A stretch of DNA of 64,000 nt, from positions 5,710 to 69,709 of the forward strand of contig NZ_JADCDB010000017.1 in assembly GCF_020252395.1 (NCBI RefSeq), in the 5' to 3' direction. Below are positions 58,485 to 64,000 of the stretch, in pieces. The translations under genes were made by a program, and so were the position numbers. The DNA comes from Aestuariivirga sp. GTDB taxonomy: Bacteria > Pseudomonadota > Alphaproteobacteria > Rhizobiales > Aestuariivirgaceae. The notes below the pieces were generated by a model. It made no database searches. It saw nothing but the letters and a program-made list of their open reading frames with translations, and was not told the origin of the DNA. The number at the start of each line of letters is the position of its first letter. Within the stretch, counting starts at the first letter, position 1.

Positions 58485-60851
58485 TCAGGCCGACTTGCGC
58501 ACATCCGTCCGCTGGGCCGCGCCCGGGCCATCGAGCGGGAAGGTGCAGAGGACGGTGGTGCCCTGGTTGATCTTGGAGAGGAGCGACACCTGCCCCTCAT
58601 GCAGCTCGACCAAGCTCTTGACGATAGCCAGACCAAGGCCAGGGCCGCGGTGGCCGCCGGGCACGGGGCGCGACTGGAAGCGGTCGAAGGCCTGTTTCTG
58701 GAACTCGGGCTCAATGCCGCGGCCCTGGTCGGAGACCCAGAGCTGCAGTGCCCCCCGCGTCTTCTTCGCGCCCATGCGGATCGTCGCCCCGCGGCCGGAG
58801 AAGCCGATGGCGTTGGAGAGGAGGTTGGAGAGAATCTGCTCGACGCGCTTTGGGTCGGCCACGAAGCTGTTGACGTCCGCGCCCACCTCGATGTTGAGCG
58901 TCAGATCGCGCTCGTCGATCTGGTTCGCGAGCTTCTCCGCCACTGCCTCGAGCAGGTCCGTCACGTCCACATGCTCAAGCTTCAGTTCGAGGGCTCCGGC
59001 ATCGATGGCGGTCAGGTCGATGATGGCGTCGATGATGGTCTTGAGGTCGGTGGAGGAGCGGCGGATATCGCGGACATAGTCCTGCTGCTTCGGGTTCAAG
59101 GGTCCCGCGAGCCCGATCTGCAGGCCCTCCGCAAAACCGAGGATGGAGGTGAGCGGTGTCCTGATCTCGTAGGAGACGTTGGAGAGGAACATGTTCTTGA
59201 GGCGGTCGGCAGCCTCCAGCGCGTCGGCACGGTCACGCAGCGCGCGCTCCATGCGGGCGGAGTCGGAGATATCGGCGAAGGTCAGGAGCGTATTGCCGTC
59301 GGGCAGCGGCACGGCGACGAACTGCAGCACGCGTCCGGCGACGTCGATGTTGCCGGTCACGGGCTTCCTCTCGGAATCGAGTCTGGTCACGCTGTAGCGC
59401 ACTTCGTCCCAGGTGCTGGAGTCCGCCGCGAGCTGGCTGCCGTGCTGGGCGAGCTCCTCGATGTGGGGCTGGGCATCCAGCGCCTCCGGGTCAAGCTGCC
59501 AGAACTGCGCGAAGGCGGGGTTGTAGAGCTTGAGGCGGCCATCGGAACCCAGCAGCGCGATGCCTTCCTCGAGATTGTCCAGCGTCTCGCGCTGCACGCC
59601 GATCAGCTCGTTGTAGCGGCTTTCCAGCGCCAGCTCGTCAGTGACGTTCTCGTAGAGATAGGTGAGGCCGCCGAAGGGATGCTGCTCGCACACCACATGC
59701 AGCGTTCGGCCGTCGGGCAGATGCCACCAGTCCTCGCGCGGTTCGATGGTGGTGTAGGCGGTGAGCTGCTTCGCCCGCCACTCGCGGTAATTGGCCTGTT
59801 CCGGAATGCAGCGCTGGTTCCTGAGCCGGTCGAGGATCTCGGCATCGGGCGGATTGGTGGCCAGCCATTCGGGGTCGAGCGGCCAGAGCCCGGCATAGGC
59901 GGCATTGTGGAACCTGAGGCGCTGGTCGGGGCCGAAGATGGCGATCGCGGTGTCGAGCTTGTTCAGCGTCGAGGTATGGGCCTTGATGTGGCGGTCGAGT
60001 TCCTTCTCGGCCTTCTCCAGCGCCGTCATGTCGATGGCGAAGCCGGCGGCGCCGCCGGTGACGGGCGCTTCGAAGACATCGAGCGCGCGCATCGAGCCGG
60101 AGACCACCGCATGGATGCGGCCGAGGCAGCCCGCCGTCGCGCCCGCTGCCGTGCGGTCCATGGCGGCGCGGCCGGCGAGTTCGGTGCCTTGCGACACGAC
60201 AAGATCGGGGTCCGGCGCATCGACCGCCGCAGCATAGCACTGGTTGACCCAGAGGAGCTTTCCTTCCGCGCCGCGCAGCCAGACGGGCAAGGGGGCTGCG
60301 TCGAGCACGGCGCTCAAGCGTTCCACCTGCTTGCCGAGGCGATGGGCCTCGTGCGCGAGATCGGCGATCTTGCGGCGCTCGCCGGCGAGCGGGCGGAAGC
60401 GCAGGGTGGCGAGGCCACCGGCAGTGCGGCCGTCGGCTTCCAGCAGCTCGTCCGCAAGGCTCTTGATGGCGATGTTGAAGGGCGTGCCGTCCTTGCGGAG
60501 GTCGTACAGGCAGCCGGAAAGGGCCGAGGCGGAATCGCGGTCGAGCCAGGAAGCGAAGTCGATGAGGCCCTCAGGAGCCTCGGGCAGCGTGGCGGCGCCG
60601 TGCATGGAGCCCATCACACGGTCCGGCAGTGCCTGCTTGCCGCGCCAGATCACCAGCACATGAGCCTCGGCCGCGATGGCGGTTTCGGCCTCGTTCAGCC
60701 GCGCTTCAAGATCGGCGATACGCTGCCCGGTTGACGTTCCGCCCCAGCGGCGCAGCAGACGGCGGGTGAGCAAGAAAAAGCCGGAAGCGGCCAAAACGGC
60801 AATGAGGGCGACCCCATCGCCCGCCAAGCTGTTGCCGAAACCGGCGTCCAT
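58485..60851 (-). CDS. membrane-anchored multi-PAS sensor histidine kinase
   Basis: One N-terminal TM segment, a coiled region and several PAS-like repeats. The H-box is FLSNVSYEIRTPLTSILGF and the HATPase region reads DQGRGIEPE...GPGLGLAIV. Confidence 0.85.
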   Translation of the reverse strand: MDAGFGNSLAGDGVALIAVLAASGFFLLTRRLLRRWGGTSTGQRIADLEARLNEAETAIAAEAHVLVIWRGKQALPDRVMGSMHGAATLPEAPEGLIDFASWLDRDSASALSGCLYDLRKDGTPFNIAIKSLADELLEADGRTAGGLATLRFRPLAGERRKIADLAHEAHRLGKQVERLSAVLDAAPLPVWLRGAEGKLLWVNQCYAAAVDAPDPDLVVSQGTELAGRAAMDRTAAGATAGCLGRIHAVVSGSMRALDVFEAPVTGGAAGFAIDMTALEKAEKELDRHIKAHTSTLNKLDTAIAIFGPDQRLRFHNAAYAGLWPLDPEWLATNPPDAEILDRLRNQRCIPEQANYREWRAKQLTAYTTIEPREDWWHLPDGRTLHVVCEQHPFGGLTYLYENVTDELALESRYNELIGVQRETLDNLEEGIALLGSDGRLKLYNPAFAQFWQLDPEALDAQPHIEELAQHGSQLAADSSTWDEVRYSVTRLDSERKPVTGNIDVAGRVLQFVAVPLPDGNTLLTFADISDSARMERALRDRADALEAADRLKNMFLSNVSYEIRTPLTSILGFAEGLQIGLAGPLNPKQQDYVRDIRRSSTDLKTIIDAIIDLTAIDAGALELKLEHVDVTDLLEAVAEKLANQIDERDLTLNIEVGADVNSFVADPKRVEQILSNLLSNAIGFSGRGATIRMGAKKTRGALQLWVSDQGRGIEPEFQKQAFDRFQSRPVPGGHRGPGLGLAIVKSLVELHEGQVSLLSKINQGTTVLCTFPLDGPGAAQRTDVRKSA

Positions 60852-60944
60852 GTCTTCTCCGGTCCAAGTGCCGGGATGGCCTGCGAATCAGCAGGCGCAT
60901 CCGCCCCGGCCCGGTATAACCAAAAGCGGGGCGGGCCGGAATCC

Positions 60945-62351
60945 TCAGTAGCGGTAATATTCCGGCTTGAACGGACCCTGCGGGGTGACGCCGATATAGG
61001 CGGCCTGGTCGTCCCGGAGCTTCGTCAGCTTCACGCCCAGCTTTTCGAGGTGCAGGCGGGCCACCTTCTCGTCCAGGTGCTTCGGCAGCACATAGACCTC
61101 GTTCTTGTATTTGCCCGTTCCGGCCGAGGTGAAGAGCTCGATCTGGGCGAGCGTCTGGTTGGTAAAGGAGGCCGACATCACGAAGCTGGGGTGGCCCGTG
61201 GCGTTGCCGAGGTTCACGAGCCGGCCCTGCGAGAGCAGGATGACGCGCGCGCCCGAGGGCATGTGGACCATGTCCACCTGCGGCTTGATGTTGGTGGATT
61301 TGAAGTTGCGGAGCTCGGAGACCTGGATCTCGTTATCGAAGTGGCCGATGTTGCAGACGATGGCCATGTCCTTCATCTGCTTCATGTGATCGACCGTGAT
61401 CACGTCCTTGTTGCCGGTGGCGGTGACGAAGATATCGGCGGTCGAGACCACGTCTTCCATGGTCTGCACCGCGAAGCCGTCCATCGCGGCCTGGAGCGCG
61501 CAGATCGGGTCCACTTCCGTGACGATGACGCGGGCACCGGAACCTTTCAGCGAGGCCGCCGAACCCTTGCCCACGTCGCCATAGCCGGCGACGACTGCCA
61601 CCTTGCCGGCCATCATCACGTCGGTGCCGCGGCGGATCGCATCGACGAGCGACTCACGGCAGCCGTACTTGTTGTCGAACTTCGACTTGGTGACGGAGTC
61701 GTTGACGTTGATCGCCGGGAAGGGCAGCTCGCCCTTCTTCTGCAGCTCATAGAGGCGGTGGACGCCGGTGGTGGTCTCTTCCGAGACGCCCTTGATCGCG
61801 GCCTTGACCTTGTCGAACCAGCCCGGCTGTTCCTTGATGCGCTTCTTGATGGCGGCGAAGAGGCACTCCTCCTCCTCGCTCTTCGGGTGGGCGATGAGGC
61901 TCGCGTCCTTCTCGGCCTTGGAGCCCAGGAGGATGTAGAGTGTCGCGTCGCCGCCGTCGTCAAGGATCATGTTGGAGGGCTGGCCGTCCGGCCAGTCGAA
62001 GATCTTGGCGGTGTAGTCCCAGTAATCCTTCAGCGTCTCGCCCTTGAAGGCGAAGACGGGGATGCCCGCGGCGGCAATGGCCGCGGCGGCATGATCCTGC
62101 GTCGAATAGATGTTGCAGGAGGCCCAGCGCACCTCCGCACCCAGCGCCACCAGCGTCTCGATCAGCACCGCAGTCTGAATCGTCATGTGCAGCGAGCCCG
62201 AGATGCGCGCACCCCGCAGCGGCTGCAGCGACTTGTATTCGGCGCGCGTGGCCATCAGGCCCGGCATCTCGACCTCGGCCATATCGATTTCCTTGCGGCC
62301 CCAGTCGGCCAGCTTGATGTCGGCAACGTGATAGTCGTGCGCGCGGGTCAT
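60945..62351 (-). CDS. ahcY: adenosylhomocysteinase
   Basis: 468 aa. The sequence reads [17 protein letters not shown], then [13 protein letters not shown] and GYGDVGKG (NAD site). Confidence 0.96.
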   Translation of the reverse strand: MTRAHDYHVADIKLADWGRKEIDMAEVEMPGLMATRAEYKSLQPLRGARISGSLHMTIQTAVLIETLVALGAEVRWASCNIYSTQDHAAAAIAAAGIPVFAFKGETLKDYWDYTAKIFDWPDGQPSNMILDDGGDATLYILLGSKAEKDASLIAHPKSEEEECLFAAIKKRIKEQPGWFDKVKAAIKGVSEETTTGVHRLYELQKKGELPFPAINVNDSVTKSKFDNKYGCRESLVDAIRRGTDVMMAGKVAVVAGYGDVGKGSAASLKGSGARVIVTEVDPICALQAAMDGFAVQTMEDVVSTADIFVTATGNKDVITVDHMKQMKDMAIVCNIGHFDNEIQVSELRNFKSTNIKPQVDMVHMPSGARVILLSQGRLVNLGNATGHPSFVMSASFTNQTLAQIELFTSAGTGKYKNEVYVLPKHLDEKVARLHLEKLGVKLTKLRDDQAAYIGVTPQGPFKPEYYRY

Positions 62352-62392
62352 GAGTCTTGTCCTCTGTCCTGAATTTGAGCGGCTCTATAGCA

Positions 62393-62464
62393 GCGGGGCG
62401 GGGGTCTGTCCATGAAGACATAAAGAATTCTTTATGTCCTCTTAATGAGGACCTTCCGCCCCGC
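62393..62464. promoter_or_regulatory. composite quasi-palindrome in the divergent ahcY-selO promoter region
   Basis: A perfect 22-bp palindrome, GACATAAAGAATTCTTTATGTC, lies at 62417-62438. It is nested between GCGGGGCGG (62393-62401) and its exact complement CCGCCCCGC (62456-62464). Confidence 0.55.
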
Positions 62465-62483
62465 CTGCCCTATATTACCGGTC

Positions 62484-63905
62484 ATGAATGCCATTCCCTT
62501 CGACAACAGCTATGCCCGCCTGCCCGGCTCCATGCATGTGGCGGTGGCGCCCACCCCGGTTTCCGCCCCCCGTCTGATCAAAGTTAACGAGCCGCTCGCC
62601 CGCGAGCTTGGGATTAACCCCGCCCTGCTGACGGCGGAGGTGGCGGTGGGGAACGCCATTCCTGAGGGCGCGAGCCCGCTGGCCCAGGCCTATGCCGGGC
62701 ATCAGTTCGGCAATTTCGTGCCACAACTGGGCGACGGGCGGGCGATCCTGCTGGGCGAGGTCGTCGACGTGACCGGCAAGCGCCGGGACATCCAGCTGAA
62801 AGGCTCCGGCCGCACCCCCTTCTCGCGCGGCGGCGACGGGCGGGCGGCACTTGGGCCGGTCTTACGCGAATATCTGGTGAGCGAGGCGATGAACGCGCTG
62901 GGGATTCCGACGACGCGGGCCCTGATGGCCGCCACCACCGGCGAGCGCGTCTACCGTGATGCGGTGCTGCCGGGGGCGGTGCTGACGCGGGTGGCGGCAA
63001 GCCACATCCGGGTGGGCACCTTCCAGTTCTTCGCCGTGCGGCAGGATTTCGAAGCGCTGAAGCTGCTGGTCGATCATGTGAGCGGCCGGCACTACCCACA
63101 CTTGAAAGGCGCCGGGAACCCGGCGCTGGCGCTTCTCGATGCGGTGATGGACGCCCAAGCCGCGCTCGTTGCCCGCTGGGTGCAGGTGGGCTTCATCCAT
63201 GGCGTGATGAACACCGACAATTGCTCGATCTCCGGCGAAACCATCGATTATGGCCCCTGCGCCTTCATGGATGCCTACGACCCCGGCACGGTGTTCAGTT
63301 CCATCGACACCTATGGCCGCTATGCCTATGGGAACCAAGCGCCGATCGCGCAGTGGAACATGGCCAGGCTGGCCGAGACGCTGCTGGCCTTCATCGACAA
63401 GGACCGCGAGGAGGCGATCCGCATCGCCACGGAGCGGATCGAGGGCTTCCCGGCGATCTACACGAAATACTGGCTAGCAGGCTTCCGCAAGAAACTCGGG
63501 CTCGTGTCCGAGGAGGATGGCGACCTCGAGCTGATCCAGGCGATGCTGGATAGCCTGCAGATGGCGCGGGCGGACTTCACGGTGACATTCCGTTCACTGA
63601 GCAATGGCGAGGCGCCGGACGCGCTGAAGGACTGGCTGCCGGCATGGCGCGCGCGGCTGGCGCGGGACCCGCAGACGGCGGAAGAGCGGCGGGCACTGAT
63701 GCAGGCGGCGAACCCGGTCTATATCCCGCGCAATCACCTGGTGGAGGAGACGATCGGCGCCGCGGTGGAGCGGCAGGACTACCGGCCGTTCGAGGTGATG
63801 CTCTGTGTACTGATGACTCCTTACGTGGAGCAGGCTGGCGCGGAGCGGTATGCTGCGCCGCCGGCGGAGGTCGACGGGGCTTACCGGACTTTCTGCGGGA
63901 CTTAG
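62484..63905 (+). CDS. selO: protein adenylyltransferase SelO (YdiU/UPF0061 family)
   Basis: ATG 62484 gives MNAIPFDNSYARLP.... The sequence contains AYAGHQFGNFVPQLGDGRAILLGE, then LKGSGRTPFSRGGDGRA and HGVMNTDNCSISGETIDYGPCAFMD. Confidence 0.92.
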   Translation: MNAIPFDNSYARLPGSMHVAVAPTPVSAPRLIKVNEPLARELGINPALLTAEVAVGNAIPEGASPLAQAYAGHQFGNFVPQLGDGRAILLGEVVDVTGKRRDIQLKGSGRTPFSRGGDGRAALGPVLREYLVSEAMNALGIPTTRALMAATTGERVYRDAVLPGAVLTRVAASHIRVGTFQFFAVRQDFEALKLLVDHVSGRHYPHLKGAGNPALALLDAVMDAQAALVARWVQVGFIHGVMNTDNCSISGETIDYGPCAFMDAYDPGTVFSSIDTYGRYAYGNQAPIAQWNMARLAETLLAFIDKDREEAIRIATERIEGFPAIYTKYWLAGFRKKLGLVSEEDGDLELIQAMLDSLQMARADFTVTFRSLSNGEAPDALKDWLPAWRARLARDPQTAEERRALMQAANPVYIPRNHLVEETIGAAVERQDYRPFEVMLCVLMTPYVEQAGAERYAAPPAEVDGAYRTFCGT

Positions 63906-64000
63906 AGCATCGTGCGAGCGAGTGGAATCGCTTGCGAAGCGAAAGATGCTCCAGAGTCAAAAGCTGGCGCATGTCCCTGCCGATCAGGCGATTCCACCTG
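63906..64000. repeat. intergenic inverted-repeat element, truncated by the window end
   Basis: GAGCATC (63905-63911) is complementary to GATGCTC (63943-63949). GTGGAATCGC (63922-63931) is complementary to GCGATTCCAC (63988-63997). An inner CGCTT-GCG-AAGCG hairpin is also present. Confidence 0.35.

Noticed and set aside
62352-62483. Possible SAH riboswitch in the ahcY leader
   Set aside because: An SAH riboswitch is the expected candidate upstream of ahcY. However, the region is dominated by a perfect DNA palindrome with an AT-rich core. I cannot match it to the SAH-riboswitch pseudoknot consensus as I remember it. A covariance-model scan (Rfam SAH_riboswitch) would settle the question.

Overview
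High-GC chromosomal window (hand counts about 70% G+C in core genes). Gene order looks alphaproteobacterial, Hyphomicrobiales/Rhizobiales-like. Most of it is conserved housekeeping sequence.

Core content, in order:
- pgi (5' truncated), an acyl-CoA dehydrogenase and sdaA.
- A DMT/EamA transporter.
- A glycogen operon: glgP-glgB-glgC-glgA-pgm-glgX::malQ(fused)-nudix.
- A MaoC-like dehydratase and a DhaK-only protein.
- An erythritol/tetritol-like polyol locus: rpiB, a tpiA paralogue, an EryC-like TIM barrel, a SorC regulator, a 5-gene ABC importer, an FGGY kinase, a 2-hydroxyacid dehydrogenase and a GlpD-like dehydrogenase.
- MarR, TauE and a HugZ-like protein.
- chvI-chvG-hprK-EIIA(Man)-HPr.
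- An LTA-synthase-like sulfatase.
- trxA-addA-addB-murU-like-tsaE::kinase, a PAS histidine kinase and ahcY.
- selO.

Three accessory or unusual regions stand out:
1. A 1.38-kb AT-richer two-gene cassette sits inside the glycogen operon at the 5' end of glgC. It encodes an unknown 268-aa protein and an overlapping PIN-domain nuclease. It is bracketed by an 87-bp direct duplication of the glgC ribosome-binding site plus the first 25 codons. No recombinase is present. This is the best candidate for an undescribed toxin-antitoxin or defence-like system.
2. A solitary single-polypeptide MmeI-like Type IIL/IIG restriction-modification enzyme whose C-terminal specificity region is strikingly AT-rich.
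3. A secreted alpha/beta-hydrolase gene broken by a 1-nt frameshift. It splits the polyol locus.

No rRNA, tRNA, CRISPR array, transposase or integrase was recognised. Many long antisense ORFs in the track are high-GC artefacts.
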